Shown: positions 19,828 through 30,518 of the stretch, piece after piece | How the letters are laid out: each line of letters begins with the position of its first letter | Numbering within the stretch: the first letter of the stretch is position 1 | NCBI GenBank assembly: GCA_900541965.1 | Contig: UQLN01000002.1 | Coordinates: forward strand, 16,547 to 80,546 | DNA from: an uncultured Parabacteroides sp. | GTDB lineage: Bacteria; Bacteroidota; Bacteroidia; Bacteroidales; Tannerellaceae | DNA: 64,000 bases | Reading direction: 5' to 3' | Program-made: the position numbers and the translations under genes | Notes under the pieces: model-generated | What the model saw: only the letters and a program-made list of their open reading frames with translations | Told to the model about the DNA's origin: nothing | Database searches by the model: none

Positions 19828-21756
19828 ATGAATAATTATGAATTACAGGCAGGACTTGTTCTTCTGCTTCCACTTGCCGGGTTTATCACGCTTGCGCTGT
19901 ACGGGCGGAAACTCCCTGAACGCACATCCGGTATTCTGGCAACCTCATTGCTGGGATTGACGACACTGTTTGCCTGGATGGTAGCCCTCGGATACTTTTT
20001 TGATTTCGGCCAAAAAGGAGACAGCTATTTCCCCATACGATTGTTGTCATTCAACTGGCTCCAGTTCAATGACAGCTTGTCCATCGATGCAGGCATCGTG
20101 CTGAATCCTATTTCAGCCATGATGCTGATTGTTATCCCTACCGTCTCTTTTCTTGTACATTTATACAGTATAAGCTATATGAAAGGAGAAGGGCGGCTCA
20201 GCAGTTATTTTGCTTACCTGCAACTGTTTACTTTCTCAATGCTCGGATTAGTCGTAGCCTTCAATATTTTCCAGATTTACTTCTTCTGGGAACTGGTCGG
20301 AGTCTCTTCTTTCCTGCTGATAGGCTTTTACTTTACACAACCGGCTGCCATTGCCGCCGCTAAAAAAGCATTCATTGTAACCCGGTTTGCCGATTTAGGC
20401 TTCCTGATTGGTATCCTGATACTCGGCATCGGTAGCAATTCATTCGATATCGAAACGATAACCGGCACACTAACCAACCCTATATCTCCGGAACTGGCGA
20501 CGTTTACCCAAACCTCTTTCCTCGGTGTATCCCTGCTGACCTGGGCTTTATTGCTTGTCTTCATGGGAGGTGCAGGAAAATCCGCAATTTTCCCGCTACA
20601 CGTATGGTTGCCGGATGCAATGGAAGGTCCTACCCCGGTTTCGGCATTAATCCATGCGGCAACCATGGTTGTTGCAGGCGTGTTCCTCGTAGCACGGCTC
20701 TTCCCGATATATGCCATTTCAGCTCCGGATGCCTTGGAAGTTATTGCCGTATTGAGCGCTTTTACCGCGCTGTTTGCCGCAGTTGTAGCCTGTACACAAA
20801 CCGAATTGAAAAAGGTACTCGCATTTTCCACCATCTCCCAAATCGCTTACATGCTGCTGGCTTTGGGAGTAGCCGGTTGGGGAAACGGGCATGACGAAGG
20901 ATATACGGCATCCATGTTCCATCTTTTCACCCATGCATTCTTTAAAGCTTCCCTGTTCCTTTGTGCCGGAGTCGTTATCCACCTGGTACATTCGGGAAAC
21001 CTGATAGATATGGGAGGGCTCCGGAAACGGCTGCCCGTTACAAATATAGTTTTCCTGCTTGCCGCCTTATCCATTTCCGGATTCCCATTCCTGTCCGGAT
21101 TTTTCAGTAAGGAAATGATTCTGGCATCCGTATGGGAATCACATCCGATACTGTATATCGTGGCCGTGCTGACCAGCGGATTAACTGCATTCTATATGTT
21201 CCGCATCTACTACCTGGTATTCTATAATAAAAAGGCAGTAGAAGCAGATACACATTCCCACGAAAGCTGGTTGATGAAAATACCCTTGTTAGTACTGACA
21301 GTCGGAACCGTATTTGCCGGATATATTCCTTTCGGGAAATACGTAACAGCTACCGGGCAACCACTTGAAGTCCATATAGATATTTTAAGTTCACTATTTC
21401 CTGTAGCAGTAGGGCTGACAGGCATTCTGATTGCCACACTCTTTTATCTGAAAAAAAACGAAAAACCGGCTATTTGGGCAAGACGGATGGGGGCCTTTTA
21501 CCGTGGCGCACTCCACAAGTTCTATATAGACAACGCCTACCTGTTTTTTGCTAAAAAGGTTATGGACCGCTGGATAGGCGGACTTTGTACCTTTATAGAC
21601 ACACGTTTCATACAAGGTGGGCTTACCGAACTGGCATCCGGCACACTCTCGTTCAGTAACCAAATTAAGAAGATGCAGTCCGGACGCATACAGACCTACG
21701 GATTCTTCTTCCTTGGTGGTATTCTGGTGATGGCAATCCTGTTGATTTTAACTTAA
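19828..21756 (+). CDS. nuoL: NADH-quinone oxidoreductase subunit L.
   Basis: 642-aa antiporter-like subunit. Motifs: WLPDAMEGPTPVSALIHAATMVVAGVFL. Confidence 0.9.
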   Translation: MNNYELQAGLVLLLPLAGFITLALYGRKLPERTSGILATSLLGLTTLFAWMVALGYFFDFGQKGDSYFPIRLLSFNWLQFNDSLSIDAGIVLNPISAMMLIVIPTVSFLVHLYSISYMKGEGRLSSYFAYLQLFTFSMLGLVVAFNIFQIYFFWELVGVSSFLLIGFYFTQPAAIAAAKKAFIVTRFADLGFLIGILILGIGSNSFDIETITGTLTNPISPELATFTQTSFLGVSLLTWALLLVFMGGAGKSAIFPLHVWLPDAMEGPTPVSALIHAATMVVAGVFLVARLFPIYAISAPDALEVIAVLSAFTALFAAVVACTQTELKKVLAFSTISQIAYMLLALGVAGWGNGHDEGYTASMFHLFTHAFFKASLFLCAGVVIHLVHSGNLIDMGGLRKRLPVTNIVFLLAALSISGFPFLSGFFSKEMILASVWESHPILYIVAVLTSGLTAFYMFRIYYLVFYNKKAVEADTHSHESWLMKIPLLVLTVGTVFAGYIPFGKYVTATGQPLEVHIDILSSLFPVAVGLTGILIATLFYLKKNEKPAIWARRMGAFYRGALHKFYIDNAYLFFAKKVMDRWIGGLCTFIDTRFIQGGLTELASGTLSFSNQIKKMQSGRIQTYGFFFLGGILVMAILLILT

Positions 21757-21769
21757 TAGATGACTCAAT

Positions 21770-23284
21770 ATGAATTTACTAACGATACTTTTATTGATTC
21801 CGGGTATTACACTTCTGCTTTTGTTGCTGTTACCGTCCAAAAAGAATGCAGCCATACGAAACATGGCAATTACGGGAGCTGCCTTGCAATTCCTATACAC
21901 CTGTTTCCTTGCCTATAGTTTTATACAAGCAAAAGGGGAGCTTAGCGGAGATACATTACTCTTTACCCAATCTTTTGACTGGTTCGAGCCGTTGGATATC
22001 CATTTCAGCTACGGACTGGACGGAATTTCGTTGATTATGGTCCTGCTTACTTCGATGGTTGTATTTGCAGGTATTCTGGTTTCCGGAAATATACAGCAGC
22101 AATCCAAGGAGTTTTATATTCTGATGACATTGTTGGGATTCGGAGCTTACGGTTTCTTTATCGCGACAGACTTGTTCATGCTGTTTTTCTTCCTCGAAAT
22201 TGCAGTGGTTCCCAAATACCTGTTGATTGGCATGTATGGTTCCGGTGCACGGGAACGAAATGCCATGAAACTAGCCCTGATGCTGATGGGAGGCTCGGCA
22301 CTGGTGTTTATCGGTATTGTCGCACTCTATTTCTTTAGCGGAAAAATCTCCGGCAATTACACTTGGAACATACAGGAGTTGGCACTGGAACATATCCCGC
22401 TTCAATACCAGCAATGGTTATATATGCTCACTTTCATCGGCTTCGGAGTCTTTACCGCCCTGTTCCCTTTCCACTCCTGGGCACCGGACGGGCATTCTTC
22501 CGCCCCGACTGCCGCATCCATGTTTTTGGCAGGGGTTTCAATGAAATTAGGAGGTTACGGATGTTTACGCGTTTCTACCTTCTTATTCCCGGATGCAGCC
22601 GACCAGCTTTCATGGATTTTCATTATCCTGGCATCCATCGCCATCCTGTATGGAGCAATGGTCACCCTGACACAGAAAGACCTGAAATATATGAATGCCT
22701 TCTCGTCTGTCAGCCATTGCGGCTTTGTTGTATTAGGTATCGCAATGCTTACCCGTACCGCAATCATGGGAGCTGTCATGCAAATGGTTTCACACGGGGT
22801 AATGACAGCCTTGTTCTTCGGTATCATCGGCATGATTTACCAACGTACACATACCCGCCAAATCAATGAGCTGGGCGGCATATTGCATCAAACTCCCTTC
22901 ATCGGGTCTATGTTTCTGATTGTAGGGCTTTGTTCACTGGGACTGCCGGGAATGAGTGGCTTTGTTTCCGAAATGACCGTATTCGTCGGCTCATGGGAAC
23001 GTACCGGACTATTCTACCGGATTGCTACGGTAATTGCTTGTGCCTCTATCGTAGTCACGGCAGTTTATATCCTTCGGGCTATAGGTTCCGTAATATGGGG
23101 AAGTGTACGTAATGAAGCCGTCAAAAAAATGGCTGATGCCACTCCTTCCGAACGAGTTGCTTCCATCCTGTTGGCCGCCGCTATTTTCCTGATTGGTACC
23201 TGTCCGTTCTGGGTAGTGCGCCTGATAGAAAACGACAGCCTGGCAATAGCCCGCCGGTTATTGACACAAGCATTCCAATATTAA
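21770..23284 (+). CDS. nuoM: NADH-quinone oxidoreductase subunit M.
   Basis: 504-aa antiporter-like subunit (ND4 family) sitting between L and N. Confidence 0.85.
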   Translation: MNLLTILLLIPGITLLLLLLLPSKKNAAIRNMAITGAALQFLYTCFLAYSFIQAKGELSGDTLLFTQSFDWFEPLDIHFSYGLDGISLIMVLLTSMVVFAGILVSGNIQQQSKEFYILMTLLGFGAYGFFIATDLFMLFFFLEIAVVPKYLLIGMYGSGARERNAMKLALMLMGGSALVFIGIVALYFFSGKISGNYTWNIQELALEHIPLQYQQWLYMLTFIGFGVFTALFPFHSWAPDGHSSAPTAASMFLAGVSMKLGGYGCLRVSTFLFPDAADQLSWIFIILASIAILYGAMVTLTQKDLKYMNAFSSVSHCGFVVLGIAMLTRTAIMGAVMQMVSHGVMTALFFGIIGMIYQRTHTRQINELGGILHQTPFIGSMFLIVGLCSLGLPGMSGFVSEMTVFVGSWERTGLFYRIATVIACASIVVTAVYILRAIGSVIWGSVRNEAVKKMADATPSERVASILLAAAIFLIGTCPFWVVRLIENDSLAIARRLLTQAFQY

Positions 23285-23297
23285 CAGATAAAAATTC

Positions 23298-24719
23298 ATG
23301 ATTATGAGCCTCGAACTCTTTTCTATATTACGATTTGAATTAGTCGTTTGTCTCCTTATATTTATCCTGCTGGTGATGAAACTGGCGGATGCGGACAAAC
23401 ACCTCAAATCTTTTCTGATAACAGTAAATACATTGCTGTTTATCAATTTTGCGATAAGTTTCCTTCCTGTCGACATGGGCGTTTTATTCAAAGGCTTCTT
23501 CTTTTCTAACGACCTCATCGAAATGGAAAAAACAATGCTGAATCTGGGGGTTTTACTGATATCCCTGCTTTCCGGCAGATGGCTTCACAAACATGCAGAC
23601 TTATGCGTTGAATTTTACATCCTGATATTATGTAGTTTATTAGGAGCATTCCTGATGTTGTCGAGCGGACATATCCTGATGCTCTATCTGGGAATCGAAA
23701 TTTCCACCATACCCATCACCGCATTGTCCAATTTCAATAAGGAAGAACGGCGTTCCTCGGAAGCAGGTATTAAATTTATCCTGTCATCCGCTTTCTCCTC
23801 CGGCATCATGCTGTTCGGTATCTCTATGTTATATGGTGCATACGGCAATCTGAGTTTCAGTTTCCTGCATCTGAATCTGGAACCCAACCTATTGACAATT
23901 GTAGCGTTTGCATTTATGATGGGAGGTTTCTTCTTTAAAATGTCGGCAGTCCCGTTTCACCTGTGGACAGCCGATGTATACGAAGGCTCTCCGATCCCGG
24001 TTACCAGCTATTTGTCGGTAATTTCCAAAGGATCTATCATTTTCGTATTCGTTTCCATCCTGATGACCGTATTCCAGAATATGCATGTTGAATGGAAAGA
24101 AGTCATTACCGTCATCTCTATCCTGAGTATGACAGTTGGTAATCTGTTTGCCATGCGCCAACAGAACCTCAAACGGTTACTGGCATTCTCCTCCATCTCG
24201 CAAGTCGGATTTGTGCTGGTCGGTATTACAGGCAACAGCATTATGGGATTGGATTCCACACTGTACTTTATGTTGATTTACATGCTGAGCAATATCTGTT
24301 TCTTCGGAGTACTCAGTGTTGTTTCCGACTCGACAAAGAAAGAAGACCTTCGTTCATTCAAAGGTTTCTACCGGACTAATCCATTCCTTGCCCTGATGAT
24401 GGGAGTCAGCCTCTTCTCATTAGCAGGTGTTCCCCCCACTTCCGGCTTCTTCGGGAAATTGTTCCTGCTGGTATCTTCCATGGGAGACGAAATGTACGTA
24501 TTGGTTGGATTTGCCGGATTAAACCTAGTTCTTTCACTCTACAACTATCTGCGTATTGTGAAATGTATCTTCATTGATGAACCGGAAGAGCAGCTCTGTA
24601 TCGGCAAAAACCGGGTAGTATCGGCAACGCTTGCTTTCTGTTGCATAGCCATCTTAAGCATTGGATTTATTTCATCCGTATTCCAGTATATCGACTGGGC
24701 GGCACGGCAGATGATTTGA
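23298..24719 (+). CDS. nuoN: NADH-quinone oxidoreductase subunit N.
   Basis: 473-aa antiporter-like subunit (ND2 family): FHLWTADVYEGSPIPVTSYLSV. Confidence 0.85.
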   Translation: MIMSLELFSILRFELVVCLLIFILLVMKLADADKHLKSFLITVNTLLFINFAISFLPVDMGVLFKGFFFSNDLIEMEKTMLNLGVLLISLLSGRWLHKHADLCVEFYILILCSLLGAFLMLSSGHILMLYLGIEISTIPITALSNFNKEERRSSEAGIKFILSSAFSSGIMLFGISMLYGAYGNLSFSFLHLNLEPNLLTIVAFAFMMGGFFFKMSAVPFHLWTADVYEGSPIPVTSYLSVISKGSIIFVFVSILMTVFQNMHVEWKEVITVISILSMTVGNLFAMRQQNLKRLLAFSSISQVGFVLVGITGNSIMGLDSTLYFMLIYMLSNICFFGVLSVVSDSTKKEDLRSFKGFYRTNPFLALMMGVSLFSLAGVPPTSGFFGKLFLLVSSMGDEMYVLVGFAGLNLVLSLYNYLRIVKCIFIDEPEEQLCIGKNRVVSATLAFCCIAILSIGFISSVFQYIDWAARQMI

Positions 24720-24740
24720 AAAATCACTCACAAAAGACAT

Positions 24741-24790
24741 AACAGGTAAATCAGACTCATATACTGAGTATCAGATTTACCTGTTATATG
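24741..24790 (+). terminator. Hairpin terminator after the nuo operon.
   Basis: AACAGGTAAATC ... GATTTACCTGTT 12-bp arms around a loop that is itself palindromic. The trailing T-run is weak. Confidence 0.45.
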
Positions 24791-24885
24791 CTTTAAAAGT
24801 AATCTCTTAGAAAAATCCTATTTCCCATTTTGCCATGTCCGAAACTTTATCTATTTTTCGGTGTACATTAATCAACAAGTGTATT

Positions 24886-25548
24886 ATGAAAAAACAGATT
24901 TTGATTCTCATCGCATTTCTGGCAGTCCTAACAAACTTATCAGCTCAGGAAGACATAGACAGCACACAATTTCTATTCAACAAATTCCAGGATGGCTCCG
25001 TTTACTATAAAGACGGACGAGTTTATAATGCCCGGTTAAATTATCATTTATGGGGTAACTGCTTTCTTTTTATAGACACAAATGACGACAATGCCATAAA
25101 AGAGTTTGGAGAGGTCAATCAAATCAGTGCGGTGAAGGTTGCCGGCAAATCTTTCCTTATGCAAAATGACGGCAGTGCATACGAAGTTATCCAATTTGAC
25201 CCGATGATAGCAGTCAAGCACCAGGGACGGTTCAAGAAAGAAGGGAAAAATTCCGGCTACGGAGGACGCTCGGAGACTGGCTCCATCGATGCCTTTTCCA
25301 GTATCAGGAATAATGGGGAAAGCCATACCCTGTCGACCGGCAAGTATATCCTTATCGGCATAGATAAAGCCTACCTGATTGAAAAAGACGGTAAAAGGAA
25401 ATCTTTCAGGACAGAAAAACAATTTCTGAAACTCTATCCGAAACATACGGACGAACTACAAAAATATATCGAAGAGAAAAAAGTAAAACTCAATGATGTC
25501 GAACAAATGACAAAATTGATTCGTTATGCCAATACCCTGAAACCATAA
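24886..25548 (+). CDS. Secreted hypothetical protein.
   Basis: Start moved to the internal ATG, which gives the signal peptide MKKQILILIAFLAVLTNLSAQ. No recognisable domain. Confidence 0.5.
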   Translation: MKKQILILIAFLAVLTNLSAQEDIDSTQFLFNKFQDGSVYYKDGRVYNARLNYHLWGNCFLFIDTNDDNAIKEFGEVNQISAVKVAGKSFLMQNDGSAYEVIQFDPMIAVKHQGRFKKEGKNSGYGGRSETGSIDAFSSIRNNGESHTLSTGKYILIGIDKAYLIEKDGKRKSFRTEKQFLKLYPKHTDELQKYIEEKKVKLNDVEQMTKLIRYANTLKP

Positions 25549-25553
25549 ACATA

Positions 25554-25590
25554 AAAAAGGTTAGCTGAAATTTATCAACCAACCTTTTTT
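25554..25590. terminator. Bidirectional rho-independent terminator between the convergent hypothetical gene and typA.
   Basis: AAAAAAGGTTAGCTGA...TCAACCAACCTTTTTT: a stem with A-run and T-run on either side. Confidence 0.7.
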
Positions 25591-25595
25591 AGCAT

Positions 25596-25653
25596 ATCAT
25601 AGTTATTATTTTTCCAAATCATAGTTATGAATTTGAAAAACCATAGTTATGAT
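25596..25653. repeat. Three direct copies of CATAGTTATG (the first reads CATAGTTATT) at exact 22-bp spacing. The same element recurs at 59112..59169.
   Basis: Copies start at 25598, 25620 and 25642. The spacers contain TTTGAAAAA / TTTTTCCAAAT. The element sits directly after the typA stop. Confidence 0.8.
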
Positions 25654-25668
25654 TTTTTTACGGAGAAC

Positions 25669-27465
25669 TTATCTTCCCTGACGTTTACGCTCTATTTCAT
25701 CCAGAATGACTTTACGCATACGCATATTATTAGGAGTGATTTCCACATATTCATCACCCTTAATATATTCCAACGCATCTTCCAGGCTGAATACAACAGG
25801 AGGAGCCAATGATACTTTATCATCAGAACCAGAAGCACGCATATTGGTCAGTTTCTTTGATTTGGTAACATTCACAACCAAATCATTATCTTTCGAATGT
25901 TCACCAACCACCTGTCCGGCATACACTTCTTCACCCGGTGCAATAAAGAAACGTCCGCGTGATTGAAGGTTATTCAAGGCATAAGCAAAAGCAGAACCTG
26001 TTTCCATAGCGATAATAGAACCGTTCACACGACGTTCGATTTCACCTTTCCAAGGTTGGTATTCAAGGAAACGGTGTGCCATAATCGCTTCACCGGCTGA
26101 AGCAGTCAACACTGCATTGTTCAAACCGATAATACCACGGGAAGGAATTGTAAATTCCAGATGCATACGACCATTCTTGCTTTCCATCATGGTCATTTCA
26201 CCCTTACGTTTTGTCACCATATCGATGATGCGGCTGGAACAATCTTCCGGCAAGTTAACTGTAAGCTGTTCAACCGGCTCGCATTTCTCACCATTGATTT
26301 CCTTGATGATTACCTGTGGCTGGCCTACCTGCAATTCATAGCCTTCACGACGCATTGTTTCAATCAAGACAGACAAGTGAAGCACACCGCGTCCGTATAC
26401 CAACCATGAATCGGCAGATTCAGTCGGAACAACACGCAAAGCCAGATTCTTATCCAACTCTTTCTGTAAACGGTCGTAAATATGACGTGAAGTAACGAAC
26501 TTACCATCTTTTCCGAAGAACGGAGAATTGTTGATAGTGAAGAGCATAGACATTGTCGGCTCGTCAATAGCTATTGTAGGCAGTGGCTCCGGTTCATTTA
26601 CATCGGCAATTGTTTCTCCGATTTCGAAACCATCGATACCGATAATCGCACAAATATCACCGGATTTAACCGATGAAACTTTTGTTCGTCCCAAACCCTC
26701 GAATACATCAACTTCTTTGATTCTGGATTTAACCATCGACCCATCGCGTTTGCAAAGCATGATATCCTGGCCTTCTTTCAACTCTCCACGATGAACACGT
26801 CCCACAGCGATACGTCCTACATATTTGGAATAGTCCAAAGAAGTAATCAACATCTGAGGCGTTCCTTCCAATATCTCCGGTCCCGGAATATATTCGATAA
26901 TAGCGTCCAGCAACGCATAAATATCTTCTTTCGGTTCATTCCAGTCTGTAGACATCCAACCCTGTTTTGCCGAACCATAGATAGTAGGAAAATCCAACTG
27001 CTCTTCCGTTGCATCCAAGCTAAACATCAGGTCGAACACCATTTCCTGCACTTCCGAAGGACGGCAGTTCGGTTTGTCTACCTTGTTAATAACCACGATT
27101 GGCTTTAAACCCATCTGAATAGCTTTCTGAAGAACGAAACGGGTCTGAGGCATCGGACCTTCGAAGGCATCTACCAACAGAAGGCAACCGTCCGCCATAT
27201 TCAATACACGTTCAACTTCACCTCCGAAATCGGCGTGTCCCGGAGTATCAATAATATTGATTTTGCAATCCTTGTAATTAATAGATACGTTTTTGGCGAG
27301 AATTGTAATTCCTCGTTCACGTTCCAAATCATTGTTGTCCAGGAACTGATCCGGCTCTGCCTGTCCTTCACGGAAAAGCTTACCGGCTAATAACATCTTA
27401 TCCACGAGCGTTGTTTTGCCGTGGTCTACGTGCGCGATAATCGCGATGTTTCTGATTTTTTGCAT
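25669..27465 (-). CDS. typA: Translational GTPase TypA/BipA.
   Basis: 598 aa starting [22 protein letters not shown], with the DTPGHADF G-domain and EF-G-like domains. Confidence 0.95.
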   Translation of the reverse strand: MQKIRNIAIIAHVDHGKTTLVDKMLLAGKLFREGQAEPDQFLDNNDLERERGITILAKNVSINYKDCKINIIDTPGHADFGGEVERVLNMADGCLLLVDAFEGPMPQTRFVLQKAIQMGLKPIVVINKVDKPNCRPSEVQEMVFDLMFSLDATEEQLDFPTIYGSAKQGWMSTDWNEPKEDIYALLDAIIEYIPGPEILEGTPQMLITSLDYSKYVGRIAVGRVHRGELKEGQDIMLCKRDGSMVKSRIKEVDVFEGLGRTKVSSVKSGDICAIIGIDGFEIGETIADVNEPEPLPTIAIDEPTMSMLFTINNSPFFGKDGKFVTSRHIYDRLQKELDKNLALRVVPTESADSWLVYGRGVLHLSVLIETMRREGYELQVGQPQVIIKEINGEKCEPVEQLTVNLPEDCSSRIIDMVTKRKGEMTMMESKNGRMHLEFTIPSRGIIGLNNAVLTASAGEAIMAHRFLEYQPWKGEIERRVNGSIIAMETGSAFAYALNNLQSRGRFFIAPGEEVYAGQVVGEHSKDNDLVVNVTKSKKLTNMRASGSDDKVSLAPPVVFSLEDALEYIKGDEYVEITPNNMRMRKVILDEIERKRQGR

Positions 27466-27636
27466 CGAAGACTAATTTATTGGCTGCAAAAATACGACTT
27501 TTTTACGATATCTATGTGATATTCATACGTCAAAATAAAAAAAGTAAAAGAAAATCCCTTGCTAATCAAAAAGTAATACCTACCTTTGTCCCCGCTTAGA
27601 TAACATAGTATTAATTTATTAAAGTACAAAAGAATC

Positions 27637-27906
27637 ATGTATTTAGATTCAGCAAAAAAACAAGAACTTTTTGAAAAGTATGGCAAATCAGCTACAGACA
27701 CAGGTTCTGCAGAAAGCCAGATTGCATTATTTACAGTACGCATCGCTCACCTGACTGAGCACCTGAAAGCGAATCATAAAGATTACAGCACAGAACGCGC
27801 ACTGAAAATGTTGGTAGGTAAACGTCGTCGCTTATTGGATTATCTGATCAAAACAGATATTACAAGATATCGTGCTATCATCAAAGAACTTGGTATCAGA
27901 AAGTAA
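27637..27906 (+). CDS. rpsO: 30S ribosomal protein S15.
   Basis: 89 aa with the conserved S15 sequence LTEHLKANHKDYSTERALKMLVGKRRRLLDYL. Confidence 0.95.
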   Translation: MYLDSAKKQELFEKYGKSATDTGSAESQIALFTVRIAHLTEHLKANHKDYSTERALKMLVGKRRRLLDYLIKTDITRYRAIIKELGIRK

Positions 27907-27930
27907 TTATTCTCTTTGGAGATATTATAA

Positions 27931-27965
27931 AAAGGATAACCTCTTACAGGGTTATCCTTTTTTCT
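27931..27965 (+). terminator. Rho-independent terminator after rpsO.
   Basis: AAAGGATAACCctcttacaGGGTTATCCTTTTTTTC. Confidence 0.8.
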
Positions 27966-28056
27966 TTTACAAATATCCTTCTAAAAATGAAAAATTAATG
28001 TACATTTGCCGCCATTAGTTACAATTTAATAGCAATCAATAAAATAAATCATACTT

Positions 28057-28641
28057 ATGGGGAACAACAAGATTATTGGTGCAAAAATTAAAAGCATCCG
28101 CGAATCGAAACAATTAGCAATAGAAGAAGTTGCCGAACGGTCGGGATTAAGCATTGAACAAATAGAACGTATAGAAAGCAATATAGACTTTCCTTCATTA
28201 GCTCCGTTAATTAAAATAGCCAGAGTATTAGGGGTACGCTTAGGTACGTTCCTGGACGACCAGTCTGAACTGGGTCCTGTTATCTGCCGAAAAAAAGACA
28301 GCAACGAAACAAACAGCATAGGATTTACGAACAATTCCGTTAAGGCACGCAAACATATGGAATACCATTCTTTGTCTCAAGACAAATCCGGGCGCCACAT
28401 GGAACCGTTCCTGATAGATGTTGCCCCTTCTGAAGAAGGTGTCGATTTCGTATTGTCCACCCACGAAGGTGAAGAATTTATCTATGTATTGGAAGGTGTA
28501 CTTGAAATCAATTACGGCAAAAATACCTATGTACTGGAAGAAGGCGACAGCATTTACTATGACTCGATTGTTGCCCATCATGTACATGCCGCAGCCGACA
28601 ATACAGCCAAAATTTTAGGTGTAGTATATACTCCTTATTAA
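28057..28641 (+). CDS. XRE-family helix-turn-helix transcriptional regulator with a C-terminal cupin domain.
   Basis: N-terminal HTH ([32 protein letters not shown]). C-terminal cupin-like beta region ([30 protein letters not shown]). The stop is 13 nt from the next start. Confidence 0.8.
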   Translation: MGNNKIIGAKIKSIRESKQLAIEEVAERSGLSIEQIERIESNIDFPSLAPLIKIARVLGVRLGTFLDDQSELGPVICRKKDSNETNSIGFTNNSVKARKHMEYHSLSQDKSGRHMEPFLIDVAPSEEGVDFVLSTHEGEEFIYVLEGVLEINYGKNTYVLEEGDSIYYDSIVAHHVHAAADNTAKILGVVYTPY

Positions 28642-28654
28642 TATCCGTGCTGTT

Positions 28655-30310
28655 ATGGAAGTACAATTACAGAATAAGACACTCGGACAGTGGATGGAAC
28701 ACTGGGCCGAAACTACCCCGGATAAAGAATACCTGGTATATTCCGACCGTGACCTGCGTTTCACATGGAAAGAGTTCAATGAACGGGTAGACAGGATGGC
28801 GAAAGGAATGCTTTCTATCGGCATTAAGCACGGAACTCATGTGGGTATCTGGGCCACGAATGTGCCCGACTGGCTGACATTCCTGTATGCCGGTGCCAAA
28901 ATCGGAGCCGTTTTAGTCACTATAAATACCAACTACAAACAGAACGAACTAGAGTTTCTGGTTGAAAATGCAGATATACATACGTTATGCATTACCGACG
29001 GCGTATTCGATGGAAGCTATATAGATATGGTATACACCATGCTCCCCGAGTTAAAAGAATCACAACGCGGATACCTGAAAAGTAAACGTTTCCCGGTTTT
29101 AAAGAATGTAGTATACATCGGACAGGAGAAATACCGTGGAATGTATAACACGCCGGAATTACTTTTGCTGGGAGAAAATATCAGTGACGATAAACTGGAT
29201 GCTGCCAAAAAACTTGTCGATTGCCACGATGTTGTCAATATGCAATATACTTCCGGTACGACCGGTTTCCCTAAAGGGGTCATGTTGACACATTACAATA
29301 TCGCAAATAACGGCTTGCTGACCGGCGAACATATGAAATTCACAGCCGCCGACAAGCTTTGCTGTTGTGTCCCTCTTTTCCACTGTTTCGGTGTTGTACT
29401 GGCATCCATGAACGTTCTGACACACGGTTGTACACAGGTTATGGTCGAGAAGTTTGACCCGCTGGTTGTACTGGCATCCATACATAAAGAACGATGCACG
29501 GCACTTTACGGAGTACCCACCATGTTTATTGCCGAGTTGAACCATCCGATGTTCCCCATGTTCGACCTGACTTCACTCCGGACCGGAATCATGGCCGGCT
29601 CGCTCTGCCCGGTAGAACTGATGCGCCAGGTAGAAGAAAAGATGTTCATGCGTGTAACCAGTGTATACGGGTTAACCGAAGCATCACCTGGTATGACTCA
29701 TTCCCGTATTGATGATGATGCGGATATACGATATAATACTGTCGGACGTGATTTCGAATTTACAGAAGTACGTGTTATCGATCCCGAAACAGGCGAAGAA
29801 TGCCCGGTTGGCGTACAAGGAGAAATGTGTAACCGTGGTTACAATACAATGAAAGGTTACTACAATAATCCGGCTGCGACCAATGAAGTAATCGATAAAA
29901 GCGGCTTTCTTCATAGTGGCGACCTTGGCGTGAAAGATGAAAACGGCAACTACCGTATCACCGGACGCATTAAGGATATGATTATCCGCGGAGGAGAAAA
30001 TATCTATCCGCGCGAAATAGAAGAATTCCTTTACCATCTGGAAGGAGTGAAAGATGTGCAGGTAGCAGCTGTTCCTTCCAAGAAATACGGGGAAGAAGTC
30101 GGCGCCTTTATCATCCTCCATGAAGATGCATCCCTGACAGAAGAAATAGTAAAAGATTTCTGTCGTGGTAAAATTGCCCGCCACAAAATACCGAAATACA
30201 TCTTTTTTGTAGATACCTTCCCTATGACAGGAAGCGGTAAAATCCAAAAATTCAAGCTGAAAGATTTAGGACTGCAATTACTGCTGGAAAAAGGAATCGA
30301 ACCAGCTTAA
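28655..30310 (+). CDS. AMP-dependent acyl-CoA synthetase/ligase.
   Basis: 551 aa with the AMP-binding motif [16 protein letters not shown], plus [20 protein letters not shown] and GKIQKF near the C-terminus. Confidence 0.85.
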   Translation: MEVQLQNKTLGQWMEHWAETTPDKEYLVYSDRDLRFTWKEFNERVDRMAKGMLSIGIKHGTHVGIWATNVPDWLTFLYAGAKIGAVLVTINTNYKQNELEFLVENADIHTLCITDGVFDGSYIDMVYTMLPELKESQRGYLKSKRFPVLKNVVYIGQEKYRGMYNTPELLLLGENISDDKLDAAKKLVDCHDVVNMQYTSGTTGFPKGVMLTHYNIANNGLLTGEHMKFTAADKLCCCVPLFHCFGVVLASMNVLTHGCTQVMVEKFDPLVVLASIHKERCTALYGVPTMFIAELNHPMFPMFDLTSLRTGIMAGSLCPVELMRQVEEKMFMRVTSVYGLTEASPGMTHSRIDDDADIRYNTVGRDFEFTEVRVIDPETGEECPVGVQGEMCNRGYNTMKGYYNNPAATNEVIDKSGFLHSGDLGVKDENGNYRITGRIKDMIIRGGENIYPREIEEFLYHLEGVKDVQVAAVPSKKYGEEVGAFIILHEDASLTEEIVKDFCRGKIARHKIPKYIFFVDTFPMTGSGKIQKFKLKDLGLQLLLEKGIEPA

Positions 30311-30313
30311 AGA

Positions 30314-30445
30314 GTTGACAGTTGACAAGTGACAGTTGACAGTTCGCTTCCGGTATATAAACTGGTTGAAGCGGGAATAACTGTCAACTGTCACTTGTCA
30401 ACTGTCAACTACTACCTACTCCTGCCACTTGTCAATTATCAACTG
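30314..30445. repeat. Inverted-repeat element. Four tandem TGACAGT heptamers form the left arm. A conserved core follows (CTTCGCTTCCGGTATATAAACTGGTTGAAGCG). Four inverted heptamers (CTGTCAA) form the right arm.
   Basis: Left arm 30314-30342 is GTTGACAGTTGACAAGTGACAGTTGACAG. Right arm 30381-30409 is its perfect reverse complement. Additional partial heptamers lie downstream. A homologous element sits at 31941-32046. Confidence 0.85.
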
Positions 30446-30518
30446 AAAAAACCGCATTTACTCCGCTCTTTTTCTTACCTTTGTTGCCGAATATTTAAAT
30501 TAATAATACAATTTAATA

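Noticed and set aside
20328-20834. 168-aa minus-strand ORF inside nuoL. Many similar 60-170 aa ORFs lie antisense or out-of-frame within nuoD, H, L, M, N, ahcY, the acyl-CoA ligase, typA, susC, YfhO and ugd.
   Set aside because: They sit on the shadow strand of long, strongly supported genes. They have no independent signal, and their composition mirrors the sense gene.
25627-25812. 61-aa plus-strand ORF spanning the CATAGTTATG repeats and running antisense into the typA 3' end.
   Set aside because: It overlaps a well-supported gene on the opposite strand and a repeat element, with no RBS. This is a spurious ORF.
30446-30518. SAH riboswitch upstream of ahcY.
   Set aside because: The 5' region is dominated by the heptamer inverted-repeat element, whose long perfect hairpin does not resemble the SAH-riboswitch pseudoknot architecture as I recall it. 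I cannot confirm it without a covariance-model scan, so I did not call it.
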